Shown: positions 1-12,800 of the stretch, one piece after another
Layout of the letters: the number at the start of each line of letters is the position of its first letter
How positions within the stretch are numbered: position 1 is the first letter of the stretch
Origin: Gordius albopunctatus
Taxonomy: Eukaryota
Direction: 5' to 3'
Length of the DNA: 64,000 nucleotides
Assembly (NCBI GenBank): GCA_964276515.1
Contig: OZ193910.1
Location: forward strand, 4,712,001-4,776,000
The notes under the pieces: generated by a model
Databases searched by the model: none
The model's input: only the letters and a program-made list of their open reading frames with translations
What the model was told of the DNA's origin: nothing
Program-made: the position numbers and the translations under genes

Positions 1-274
1 TAAGGTGAAGGATATTGTTCCATGGAATTAAAGGAGACCTATCAGGGCGCATACCCCCCTCCAAGGAGGGGTCCGATAGCTCTAAAATGGAACAGATCTT
101 TACCTTTTGAGAACGCTTTGAATTAAAGTTTTGGCCTTATTGTGTTTGTTTAAAAGTGATTGTCTCCTAACTCAAAATAATAAAAAAAGATGTCTAAACT
201 TTTCGGATTAACAATATGCAAACTATAAGTTTTTATCTGATATCTTTTTAAATTTGAAAAACATTATAAAACAT

Positions 275-1261
275 TAGTGCTGTAAACATTTGTAAAAAAA
301 TCGAACGCGTTCACGTTCGTCTAAAAAGAAAAGGAACGCGTTCACAAATTTTATGATACATTTTTTTAAAGTTTAATTTAATATAAATAAATGTCTTATA
401 TTTTTTAATACAATAAATAGCCATGATAAAAAATAATAGTTTTATTTCGACAATATAATTATAAATCAATATAATCTATTTTCTTATTTATTTTTAATAA
501 TAATTGTTTTTCAAAATTGTCTTCTGATAAGCAGGAACGCTTGGCAGTTAATACAGCATTAGCTATACTAAAAACCTGCTCCACAGGGGCAGATGAGGGG
601 ATTGGAGTATTATACTTAATAAACAAATTTTTCAGAGGAGGAAATTTATTAAAAACTTTTAATGTTTTGTCCCTCGCTTAAAAAAATTGCCACAAGATAT
701 CATCCTCCAATGCGCCCTCTACTTCCTCGCGAAAAAATGATATCTCGGAAATTCTAGAGGTTTCAATCCCATTTTTCAATAACACTAAAATTTTATTCTT
801 TATAGGTTAATTTTAATTATTGAATTTGATCTTTTATATGAAACAAGTGAAAAATATTTTTCATAATTTGGCCATGGCAATTTCAATTCATCTGCTGATT
901 TTGAATATTCAGAATCTGAAGATGACGACGATATAATATTATGATTGTCCATATTAACCTATAAATTAAACTATAATAATATCAAACTAATTAACTTTAA
1001 TCTTATCTTCTTTTGCACGTTATAAGCATTTCGGAATTGGTAATAGGAAACAGGAAAAACAGCTGATTAAAAAATATAATACTTTTTTGTTAACAATTTG
1101 GATTGACATTAATTTTCAAATAAATAAAAACAAAAAAGGGTTTTTAAAATTGAACGAACGTTAAATTCGAACGCGTTCATCAAAAAAGGAACGCGTTCCC
1201 GTTGAAAGTTTACCAAAAAATAAAAGAACGCCGTTCATGAACGCGTTCACTTACAGCACTA
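275..1261 (-). mobile_element. hAT internal-deletion derivative (family A, copy 1)
   Basis: TIR TAGTGCTGTAA (275) / TTACAGCACTA (1261). Perfect 8-bp TSD TAAAACAT (267-274, 1262-1269). Subterminal GAACGCGTTC repeats. The minus strand retains the hAT C-terminal dimerization motif (FIKYNTPIPSSAPVEQVFSIA...KRSCLSEDNFEKQLLL) and a short N-terminal transposase remnant (~950-800). Confidence 0.9.
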
Positions 1262-1610
1262 TAAAACATTAATGGCACCAGAGTGTAGCTAGGAGGCAAA
1301 AAACTGCTGCTTTCTGTTGATGCAAATTTTTTTTGAACTTTAATAATATCTAAATTAAAAAGTAATTACCCATTTGCAAATCATTAAAAAACTTTTTAAC
1401 CGATTCCCCCAATTCAATTATGTCATAGTTATACTTATTTCACTCATATTTGTTTCAGTCAAAAAATTTAATGTTAAACAACTGTTTAGTGATTAGGATA
1501 GACATAGAACTCACATTTTTTTTTATAAAAAGCGAATTCTAGAGGTTAATATCTTCTCAACATTTATACAAGCTATAACAGAATACTAAACTATACAATT
1601 ACAATTATTG

Positions 1611-2866
1611 TTATGAATTTGAATTTAATCTAGAATTTGATGCAAGATTTAAGTCCTTAAAGGATATTTTTCCACTCCCTCTCTCAGCTGGTTGAGGCTA
1701 AATTCATAAATTAAAAAAAAGTTTATAAATATCAACTTGAGATGGGTCAGCTTTCCAACCAATCATATTTAAAATTTGAAATGTAGCTGGAACTACTGTA
1801 GTGGATTCATTTGTAGATATATCAGGGGAAACATTTTTTGAGTACATATTTTGATATAATGCTGCAGCAGATATAAGAGTGTCTCTGCCAAGTGATTTTT
1901 GTTTTGAATGTGTTGATAAAAAGGCTTTTGATTCAGCCATCCCTCTAAGATCAAACATTAGTTCAAACATATTAGGATAATTAATGACAATTTCATCCAC
2001 ATCTAGAGTCAATAATTTGAAACCAGCATTGTGAAGCAACCTGCCCATATCGTCCAATTTAACAAATGGTGATATTCTGGGAGAAAACCCCTAAAATTAT
2101 TATATTATGTGAAAGACGGTCTACCCCCGATCTCTCAATTTCTGCTAATTGGAGACAGCTTCGAAGCTCATACAATGTATCATGGCTAAACATTGTGGCT
2201 ATGAAAGCACCATCTGGAATCAACATTTTATGTATTTTGGACAAAGTGTCTGGAATATCATTGATCCAATGCATACTATAAAAAATATTGTTAAGATGGA
2301 TACCAATTTACCTTAAATTGCTCACAACCAAATCAAAAATGTTATTACGAAAACAAGGTCTTTCATTATCTCCATTTATTTTACATGTGAACACCTCATT
2401 GTTTACTTCACTATTGACCTAAAAGCCTATAACATTAAGATCCTTAAATAGTACTATACTAGCATTTGATGTGACATTTCATATTGAAACAAATAGCCAA
2501 TCATATCCTAAAGTTATATAATTAAGAACATTTAATCATGATACTTTATCTACAAATGGTGAAAGGTGACCTCTTAAACAACCAAAGTCTAATGTGCACC
2601 AAAACTTCCTTTTAACAAAAAAATTAATTAGTTCTCTATAATTTCAAACCTTTTAATGTCCTTAATTCTATCAGCCAGATTATAGGCAACCTATAATATA
2701 AAACATCTGAATAATAAAAATTATATACTTCTTCCTTAAGAATTTCATACAATTTATAATTTGGACTAGCGATTGCTCGATCGCGCTGAAACCGCTTGAT
2801 TTTTTTGTCAAATATATTTGCAACGGTCATATAGCGCTTAGATGTATGAAATAAAGCACAATACAT
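1611..2866 (-). CDS. NDUFAF5: Arginine hydroxylase NDUFAF5 (mitochondrial complex I assembly factor, SAM-MTase fold), 8 exons, 329 aa
   Basis: Exons 2866-2729, 2690-2650, 2608-2545, 2507-2460, 2418-2312, 2275-2125, 2090-1737, 1697-1611, all GT-AG and in frame (990 nt). Motifs match NDUFAF5: [98 protein letters not shown]. Confidence 0.95.
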
Positions 2867-2984
2867 TTAATGTATTATTTAGATAAAATAATAGAATTTT
2901 CATATTTTCTTAATGTTAAGTTTTCAAATATTGCATGCATCGGGACCTGGACAAAAATGTACTCAACGAAGCCGCGATCATCTT

Positions 2985-3375
2985 TTTTATCAAGTATTTG
3001 ACCCACAATCGAAGGTTTTTTTGATGAGTTTCTTCTATCCATCTTAAACCGGTAAGTTCCATGAATCGATTAATCCTCTTAGTTTTTATAACTTTGTCGA
3101 CTTGCCCTTTCCACGTGACACAAGGTCGTTCACTTTCTCTCTTCCCTTGTACCTCTATGACCAGTAATTTGATTTATATCATTCGTCTCCCTTAGTATAT
3201 GCCTATACCACCTTAGGCAATTTTTGTTAATCATGTCCGCCATAGGTTGAATATTCATTTTAGTCATTAGAAAGTCATTCGTCATATGGTCGAGCTTAGT
3301 TTACCCCAATCTCCCCCGTAGAATTCTCATCTCTGTGGCTTTTATAAGCTTTCCTTCCCTGGTGTTTAATGTCGA
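2985..3375 (-). mobile_element. Degenerate 3' fragment of an RTE-clade LINE
   Basis: Clearly similar to the RTE 3' end at 45330-45720 (cgacttgccctttccacgtgaca; aaagtcattcgtcatatgg). It lies ~120 bp upstream of the NDUFAF5 ATG. Confidence 0.8.
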
Positions 3376-4039
3376 TGCTTATTAATCAATTTTTAATTCG
3401 TTAATTAATATATTATCATAATGTCAAGTTCAACAAAAAGTAAGGTTTTTTTAAACTTACTTTGGTTTTCACATGTAAATCCACAGTCCAGGTTTAAAAT
3501 TCTCCATAAAATGACCATTGTCTTACGTTATTTTTTATGAGTAGTCCGGCCTCAGGCGAAAATCCATTTTTATTTTTGCGCCCGAATCTAGCCCGGAGCA
3601 ACATCATTAATCTCAGTTATATCCAAAACATGCGAATATTCTTTAACTTCTTAAGCAAATCCTCCTTTTTGTTTAAAATATGGCTAGATATACAGCATTA
3701 AAAACTGAGATATTATGAGGGGTCGTAAAGAAGCATTGCCCACAAACTTTACTTTGGTCAATAAGCTATCAGTGTACTTAGGTAATTCATAAAAACTTGA
3801 CGCAACCGGTATAAGCATAGACGTAGCGTTTTCCTCCCCTGCTTAGATTTCACAGCAAATGAAATGTTTTTCAACGAAGTGTAGAAGAGTTTAGGTTAAA
3901 GGCTCATCAAAAAACAACACTGGGTCCGAGGGCTCTACCTAACACCAAATAACCGAGGACAATAACCTTGTTAGGAATTAGGGGCGGAGCCCTTCTTAGA
4001 GGTCCGAAGAACTGAGATATATCAACATTTATGTGCTAT

Positions 4040-7000
4040 TGTCCACAGATATAAATTCCACAAATGCGTACAAATAAAAGGTGAAAATATTGATGCCTTT
4101 GCTGCTAAACTGAAAGGTATTTCTATCAATTGCAACTTTGGAGCCTCTCTCGAAGAAAATCTAAGGGATCGGTTTGTTGCGGGGTTACATAATAATAAGA
4201 TTGTGGAGCGACTATTGATTATAGATAATCTGACATGGCAAGGGGCATTAGATATTGCGAGATCAATGGAACGGGCAAGATTCCAAAGCCATATGTTGAC
4301 CCAACAATTGGAACCCGTTCATACAGTGACTAACAAACACCCAGCATCAAATATGAAATGTTTTGCATGTGGGGGTAACCACCTTCGATTCAACTGTAAA
4401 TTCCGTTTTGCGACGTGTTATAAATGTCATACCCAAGGCCATATCGGAAAGATATGTCGTGTCAAACAGGTTTCCTCATTATATTATTTCCATTTAAAAG
4501 ACTCGTTGCGGCCATGCTATGCTTTGAAGGTAAATGACCGTATTTTAAATTTTGAAATTGACACCGGTTCAGCAGTCACCTTAATTAATTCTCTCAATGG
4601 GGCCCACCTTACAACTCAACCGTGTTGTACCGAGTTAAAGGGTTATGATGGTTCGTCTATACCGCTAAAGGGATCTGCAAGAGTAATCGTGCAAGAAGAG
4701 GACACAACCCACCAACTCTTGCTTTACGTCGCTGATGGGAACGGGCAAAACATTTTGGGAAGAGACTGGTTAAGGATATTTCCACACATATTACGTCAGC
4801 TAGCTGAGGATTGGGAGCAAAACAAACCTTTCCAACGATACGAGATTAATCATACCAACAATGATGTTGTAACCAATAATCTTATTAAAAAATATCCGGT
4901 ATTGTTTGAAAATAAATTGGGAGGGGTAATCGGGTATGAAGCAAAGCTTAAATTAAAAGATGAGTTATGTCCACGTTTTTTCCGCCCTAGACCTATACCC
5001 TATATGTTAAAACCTAAAATTGACGAAGAATTAGATAGGTTAGTTAAAGAAGGTATCTTAAAACCAATAAACATAATTTGAATAAACGCGCATAGTGGAG
5101 TATACAGACGCGCATGGTGCAGTTGCCATTAGTAAAGACGGAATTTTTACCACTGACAAGAATACTAAAGCAATTTTAGCAGCACCAGCCCCAACTAAAA
5201 TAAAAGAATTACAATATTTTTTAGGTATGGCAACATACTATGCGAAATTCATAAAAAATTTCTCTTCTTTAGCACAACCTCTTTATAAACTGCTAAGGAA
5301 AACAGTAGCTTGGAATTGGTCCATAGACTGTACAAATGCATTCAATGACATTAAAAAAGCCGTTATCAAGGCCCCGATATTAAAACATTTTGACCCCGAG
5401 TTACCACTAATACTCTCAACGGATGCTCCATCTGAGGGACTCGGCGCAGTACTTTCCCACGAAATTAAAGGTTATCAGCACCCTATTGCTTTTGCGTCCC
5501 GCACCCTTAACGCTGCTGAAAGAAATTATAGCCAAATTGAAAAAGAAGCTTTAGCCATCATTTATGCTTTTAATAAATTTAAGGAATATTTATATGGCCT
5601 CCATTTTACCTTACTTACAGATCACAAACCATTAATATCAATATTCAACCCGAATAAAAATGTATCACAAGGCATGTCAGCAAGACTTCAGAAATGGACC
5701 TTGTTAACAACACCTTATCATTATACCATAAAATACGAAATTGGCAAGGAAAATAGACAAGCTGATATGTTATCCAGGCTTCCAATACAATCTGAAGAAA
5801 CGCTAGAACAAGGAGAAGAAGAAATATACACACCATTTATGAAGAAACATTCCAACTTTTCCCGATTACATCCGCCGACATAGAGCGTCATACTCGTAAA
5901 GATCCTATCCTGGGACAAGTCTATAACTATGTACTCCATGGCTGGCCGAAGAAAGTTACTCCAGATCTAGTAGTTTACTAACAACGGCAAAGAGAACTCA
6001 CCACCTTAAAAGGCTGAATTATTATTCCTCAAGGATTAAGGCAAACCATTTTGAAACTAATCCACTTAGGGCACCCAGGCATGAGTCGCTCCTGGTATCC
6101 AGGTATTGATAAAGATATAGAAGGTTATGTTCAAAACTGTGCGGATTGTCAACAATGGTTCACTGGCACAACCGAATTAGCAACGCAAAAATGGGAAAAC
6201 CCGGGAAAACCATGGTCTAGGTTACATGCCAATTTTTGCGGACCAATTAATGGGTATTATTACCTAATTGTAATTGACGCCTACAGTAAATGGCCCGAGG
6301 TGATCCCTATGACAACGATAACAACGTCAAGCACTATTAACGCTCTCGAAGCTATTTTCTCAAGGTTCGGAGTACCTAGCACCCTGGCTACAGACAATGG
6401 GCCTCAATTTACAAGCGCCGAATTTAAAACATACTGCAAAACAAATAACATTCGTAACACATATTCCAGCCCGTATCATCCTCGATCCAACGGAGAACTG
6501 AACGTTTCGTCCGAACATTTAAGGAGTTCTTGAACAAAACTAAATATTTTAAAAACGATAAATTATATAACTTTCTGTTTTCTTATAGGAATACCATTCA
6601 CCCACAACTGGATTAACTCCAGCCAATCTATTAATCAAAATAAAACCAATCGGTCCATTAAATTTACTCAAACCACATGTAACTGGTCTTGACAAAGACG
6701 AGTTGGCACCCATCAAACGGAAATTTATAATTGGAGATAGAGTGTGGGTTAGAACTTTCACAACTAATGATAAATTATGGGTAACGGGAAAAATAGTAAA
6801 AATCTTAGGCCCAGTATCGTACATGGTAGGAATGGATAATGGGGCATTATGCAAGAGACATGGTGATCATATTAGAAAATCTTTAGATGACGCAGACACG
6901 CTAAACGATGAGGATCGATGGGCTGACATTTCGCACGCAATACCGGGTGATCTACCACAACATGAACCCAGTGATTTACTTGACGCCACCATCCCGCAAC

Positions 7001-7406
7001 AGCCTAATCTACCACATGATGAAGCTAGCGATAATATTCTAGTTTCCATTCCACCCCGCCCTCACCTCTACCCCCTCGTGCGGACTCCCCTCATTCACCT
7101 ATACCCTCACCCGAAATAACGGTCCGGCGATCTACACGAATCCGAAAACCTATAGAAAGATACGGAATGACTTAAGGGGGTAGAAGATGTTGTATACTGC
7201 AACTGCACCATGCGCGTCTGTATACTCCACCATGCGCGTTTATTCAAATTATGTTTATTCAAATGATATTCATTATCAAGTCACTATCACGCAATCACCC
7301 CACCATCACGCGATCTGACCCTATATATACAAAATCTCTATTACTTATTTAGACTTTTACGTGTTTGGTAGTTAAGATTCCAAAATAAATAGATTAAGTC
7401 TCATCA
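4040..7406 (+). mobile_element. Defective Ty3/gypsy (Mag-like) LTR retrotransposon 1; 5' LTR absent, RT core deleted
   Basis: Gag CCHC knuckles (CFACGGNHLRFNC, CYKCHTQGHIGKIC), protease IDTGS, RNase H (STDAPSEG..EKEALA..TDHKPL), and integrase (HLGHPG..CADC, IDAYSKWPE, TDNGPQF) with frameshifts and stops. PPT AAGGGGGTAGAAGA at 7174-7187. 3' LTR TGTTG...CATCA at 7188-7406. Confidence 0.9.
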
Positions 7407-7620
7407 GTATTTTCATTTTTCCCTTATTTAACACGCAAAAAATTACAAAAGTAGATTTTTTAATTTATTTAGCCACGCAGGAGGGGACACGACCGTCCTA
7501 TAATAATAATTGATGTGAAAAATAAGCAAAAATATGACTTTGATTTAATGTTTCAAATCGTAAAAAGTTTCCATTTTCCGCAGCACATCACATGTATCAC
7601 ACTACACTACCTACACGCAT
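7407..7620 (-). repeat. Fragment of the Helitron-type repeat also present at 20752-21903
   Basis: Reverse complement of ~20990-21540 without the MITE inserted there (agccacgcaggag..gacacgaccgtcctata; aaaagtttccattttccgcagcacat). Confidence 0.75.
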
Positions 7621-7699
7621 GACGGTCTAGAAATTATTATAAGTGATACACTTTTATTAAAGAACTGTATATTCAAATTTTTAAAGAACACGATAGATA

Positions 7700-8976
7700 C
7701 GCATTAGTTTTTATCAAAGTAATTTATTTAACAATAATTTATTGTTGTAACAATAACTTATTCAATGATATATTCGCCGTTGCTGTTTACGACCTCCTGT
7801 CACCTTTTGACCAATTTTCCGATGCCATTACGCCAAAAATCGACCGGTCTGGTATCGAAGAAGTTTTTGAGCCAGTTTTTAAGGCCCTCTACATTGTCCA
7901 AGGTAACGCCCCTCATATGGTTCGAGAGAGAGCGAAAAAGATGGTAATCCGTCGGTGAAAGGTCCGGAGAATATGGCGGATGCTGAAGGACCTCCCATTC
8001 GAGCTCTTGGAATGCGGCTTTTACGACTTGAGCAACATGGGGCCTTGCGTTGTCGTAAAGGAGTATGGTCTGGCCTTGTCAATGGGGTCTTTTGAGTCGA
8101 ATAGCCTCATTCACGTGGTGTAGCTGGGATATATAGAGCTCCTTGTTGACCGTAGCATTCCTTTCCAGAATTTCTCAATGCAGAATGCCCTCCCAGTCCC
8201 ACTAAACGCAGATCATGGTCTTTTTTAGATGGAGTTCAGGCTTGACCCTCGGCTTTGGAGTCGCTCCAGGAGCCACCCACTCCTTTCTTTGCTTCAAATT
8301 TACGTCCAAACACCATTTCTCATCTCCCGTGACGATTCGGTACAAAAAGCGCTGTTTATGACCGTCGGTTGCTCGATGATGGGCGAGATGTTGAGAAGCA
8401 ATTTGAAGGCGATTTTCTTTGTGGCTTTCGTTTAGCTCGTGAGGGATCCAAGCTCCCAAATTTTTGTCAAATCCTATTGAATGAAGATGATTTAGGATGG
8501 TTTTCTGATCGAACTTCATTATTTCCGCCAATTCACGACTTGTTTGGCGACCGTCCTCCTTCAAAAGTGCTTTAAGACACTCTTCGTCGAATTTCGAGGG
8601 TCTTCCGCTACGGGGCTTGTCAGCGATGTCAAAATCTCCATTTTTGAACTTTGCGAATCATTTTTGTGCTGTAGACTCAACTATGACACCTTCTCCGTAT
8701 ATTTTACAAATGTCTCTGGGGTGTTTCAGCATCGTTTTGACCACAATAAAAAGCGAATAATAGCAGGTATCGAAAATTTTAATTTTTACCGTTTGGATAC
8801 TCCATCTTGACGTCGCGAAAGTAATAAAAAACTAAATTTTTTAAAATCACGATTGGCACAGTTTTGTAGAGGGCAAAGAGTTCTACTTAATAACTATTAT
8901 ATAATTCATCAGAAGCAAAAAATCGATAAAATAATGCACCATGTGTTGCACTCTACCGAACTTTTTCATCAACCAA
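7700..8976 (-). mobile_element. mariner (DD34D-type) transposon, frameshifted transposase pseudogene
   Basis: Transposase relic from ATG 8805 to stop 7758, with WIPHEL, IVTGDEKW, HPPYSPDLSPTDYHLF and GIGKLVKR..VVNSNGEY. A TIR-like end TTGGTTGATGAAAAAGTTCGGTAG lies at 8953-8976. The other TIR was not found. Confidence 0.9.
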
Positions 8977-9108
8977 CTTGACCGTCTTATGACTTAGAGT
9001 TGTGGAATATAGTTTAAGTCCTAGGCTCAGATTTCCATCTAAATCGGTTTAGCCGTTTCGGAGGAGTTGAGTACCAAACACAGTGATACGAGTATTTTAT
9101 ATAATAGA
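8977..9108 (-). mobile_element. 5' end of a non-autonomous Helitron-type element
   Basis: Minus strand begins A|TCTATTATATAAAA...AAACGGCTAAACCGATTT, the typical 5' end of invertebrate non-autonomous Helitrons. It resembles 20752-20850. Confidence 0.6.
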
Positions 9109-9379
9109 TAAACGAACTAATAAAATATTGTATATTTATCTGCAGCTGAACAAGCGCTGGCAACATCACCATTTTATGATATATAAACTTCATCTTCAAG
9201 TAACTAAAATTTAACTTTTGTCAATTCATCTATTCAATCGACGTTAAATATTTAAAATAAACTTAGAACGTAAAAATTTTAAACATCTAGAAGCGATGCT
9301 TTCAAATTTCTTATTTTTAGTGATATAAATCATTAAATGTTCTTCAAATTTAATAATATAAAACAACTAAATGACAAAT

Positions 9380-9600
9380 CGGTTTGAAATTTGCTTCTAT
9401 CCATAACTGGCAATCCTAGAAACCTTTGAAAAGGCGATTAAAGCCTGAAGATTCACTAATCTTGTTGTCTTTTAAAATAAATGTCGAACCTTGGAGTAAA
9501 CTTTTTATTCTCTACTAAGATTTACTAATGTTTCAACCATTTTAAAACGGCTACTCCATCTTGGTTACAAACACTAATTAATAAACTGCCTTATTTTTGC
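9380..9600 (-). pseudogene. Highly degraded hAT transposase remnant
   Basis: With one frameshift, the minus strand reads VT(R)WSSRFKMVETLVNL, resembling the hAT TRWxS motif. Confidence 0.35.
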
Positions 9601-9878
9601 CAACCTGATCCATATATAATTTTTTTTATCCCTTTAGCTAGAAGAAGTAGGTTTCGCTTTTGGTCTATTTGACATAAAATCGGTGGATGATGAAAAATAG
9701 TGCGAAAATGAATATTTACATAATTATTGATTTTTATCTAAAATTATTATTATAGGGTAAATTGTTTAAATAAAAAAATTCAAATTTTAAAAAGAGAGAT
9801 TTGACCGATTTTTTGATAACTGCGTTTAATACTATCTACACCAAACGTTTCACGTCCGTAAAGAAGCTTTGCCGTGAC

Positions 9879-12800
9879 TATATTTTAATATTGTATTTTA
9901 ATCTTATTTGATAATTTCGGTTCGTATTTTATAGATACCCTTTGTTTTGAATATCATATATAATTCCATTTCCATATGTTTTAGCGTCATTGTTTTATCG
10001 AGCTATCCAATAAATTTATGTTATAAGTTCCATTTGTAATATTGGCGCTGCGAATTAAAGATGACTGCAGAACCTGATTATTCTAAATTGGAAAAGATAT
10101 CCCTTAAGGAATTTGATTCCAGCTGCGAGAATATCGAAGATTATTTAGATTACGTGGACGCTCGCCTTGATATTATAGGACTTTCATCCGATTTGGCAAG
10201 GAAAAAGTTGATCAGAGCATTTCTAGGCACGGCCAATTTAAGGAAACTGTCTCAAATTTTATATCCTAAACTTTTTAAAGATGCCATATGGGATGAAATC
10301 GTCTCGGCTTTGCGTAAAGTATTTAAAAAGACAACTTCGGCATTTGCGGCGAGAATGGAACTGATGCGATCGTAAAGAGCCTCAGGTGAATCGGTTTTGG
10401 ATTTTTATCGAAGAATCAATTCTATAGTGCAAGATTGCAACTTCAAGGTAGACATAGAGGCACGTATTCGGGATCAGCTGATTTTTGGAGTGGATATTCA
10501 ACGGTTGGAACTCGAAATTCGGACTAATTTTTCCAATTGTGAGGAGAAGGACGGAAGTCCTCTAACATTGGAGAAGGTGCTAGACATGGCACTAACGATA
10601 GAAAGAGCTGAGAAGGAGACCCAGGAAAATATTCCTATGGTTCAAAAGATATCGAGGACGCAAGGTGACAAGTCTTTTAAATCCGAAAAGAGTTTTAAAT
10701 GCCAACGTTGCGACCGGAATCATCCTCCAAATCAGTGTCCTGCCTTCATGGCGTATTGTAGAAAGTGTAATAGGAGGGGACATTACGCTCGGTGTTGTAA
10801 AGACGATTCTAAGGTACAGCAAGTATATATAGCCGGAGAAGATAATGATGCCGGTTCTATGGATTCAATATGCCAGATTAATCGTCGAGGGCGTCGTGCC
10901 ACGATTAGGGTGAAAATCAACGATCTCTGGACAGTGATGTATTTTGACACTGGGGCGCAGGTATCTGTAATTAATTCATCGTTATGGAAAGAAATCGGCC
11001 AGCCCGTACTTAGAAAAGCCATACCACCTCTAGTATACGGTTGTACAGCCCTAGAGATATTGGGTGAATCAACGGTGAAGGTCCAGTTGGGAAGGCGAAC
11101 GGAATTTTTAACAGTGGTAGTTAGCAAGGGTAAGGAGGTACCACTTTTTGGATTACCATGGAGTTTAGCTTTTAACTTAGTACTTCCCCCAATGGTTGAA
11201 GTTCATAATGTAAGTAGTTCAAACAATCTAACCTCGCTTACTAGGAATTTTGAAGAGAAATATAGTGGTATTTTTGATGGTAAATTAGGATTAATAAATT
11301 CATGCGAACCAGTAGTTATCCATTTGAAGTCTAATGCAACTCCTAGATCTTGGCAAGCTAGGAGGCTTCCGTTTCCCTTGCGAGCTCCTTTAGAGAAAGA
11401 GCTTCAAAGATTGGTTATCGCAGGTGTGCTAGAACAAGTGGATCCCAACATTACACCCATTCAATGGGCTACTCCAATTGTGATCGTAAGGAAAACAAAT
11501 AATGACATCCGTATCTGTGCCGATTTCAAGGTTACTTTGAATCCAAATTTAATTATAGATTACCATCATATCCCAACGTTTCAAGATGTTGCCGCAAAAA
11601 TTTCGGGAGGAAGGAAGTTCACGAAAATTGATCTAAAAGATGCATACCTGCAAATGCCTGTTTCCGAAAAATCACAAGACCTCTTAGTTATATCAACCAG
11701 TTTGGGCTATTACAAATACTGTCGGCTTCCGTTTGGGTTGTCCTCAGCTCCAGCCATTTTTCAGAGGTTTATGGATAACTTACTAAAAGAGCGTCCTAAG
11801 ACAGGAGTTTACCTTGATGATATAATAATCACCGGTGAAAATGACGAGGAGCACATTGCAAACGTCAATAAAGTTTTAATAAAATTAAAAGATTCGGGAA
11901 TTAAAGCACAGTTTAATAAAATTCGGTTTTTGGAAGAATCGGTTGAATTTTTAGGGTATGTGATAGATAAAGAAGGGATCCATCCCTCCGGATCAAAGAT
12001 ACAAGCCATTTTAGAAATAAAAAGACCCACTAATAGATCCGAGTTAAAATCTTTTCTTGGGATGCTTTGCTATCAGGAAAAATTTATTCCTAACCTTCAC
12101 GGTATTTTATCACCATTACATCGACTTACGGGCACGAAATCTAGATGGGTATGGTCACAGGAGGAGGAACAAATATTTTTAAAAGCTAAATCGATTTTAA
12201 AGAATTGTAATACCTTAATTCCTTATTCACCAACCTTGCCCTTGGTGTTGGAAACCGACGCTTCTGATAAAGGATTTGGGGTGGTGTTGTCACATGCACT
12301 TGATGCTGGACTATTGCGCCCTATTGCGTATGCTTCGAGAACACTTTCCAATGCCGAGGAAAGTTATGCTACTATTGATAAGGAAGCCAAGGCCATACTA
12401 TGGGCGGTCCAAAAATTTCACACTTACCTTTATGGAAGGAAATTTATCATGAGAACGGATCATAAACCTTTAGTGCGATTGTTTGGGGAAAATAGGGATC
12501 TTCCGAGAATAGTAAATAATAGATTGATGCGCTGGGCTTATCAGCTATCAGCATACGATTTTTCATTGGAGTACATCGAAGGCAAACAGAATAAAGTAGC
12601 TGACGCACTTTCAAGGGCGCCTTTACCTCTTACAGAAGATATTCACAACAGTGATGATTTATCAATGTTTAGGATCAAAAACATCATCCTTAATGATTTA
12701 TCAATATCGGGATAGACTATTGGTGAAGAAACACATAAGGATTTTAAACTGCGTAAAATAAAGAACTTTATAAACAAAAGTTGGCCCTCACGCAAAGAGG

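Noticed and set aside
28..260. Kolobok-like end (TTAA|AGGAGACC)
   Set aside because: No matching opposite terminus was found in the window.
10373..12715. Stop-codon reassignment (TAA/TAG read as sense) suggested by in-frame stops in TE ORFs
   Set aside because: Host genes end in TAA/TAG at the expected positions and contain no internal stops. Other TE stops replace different residues (e.g. Trp at 39485, Tyr at 39994).
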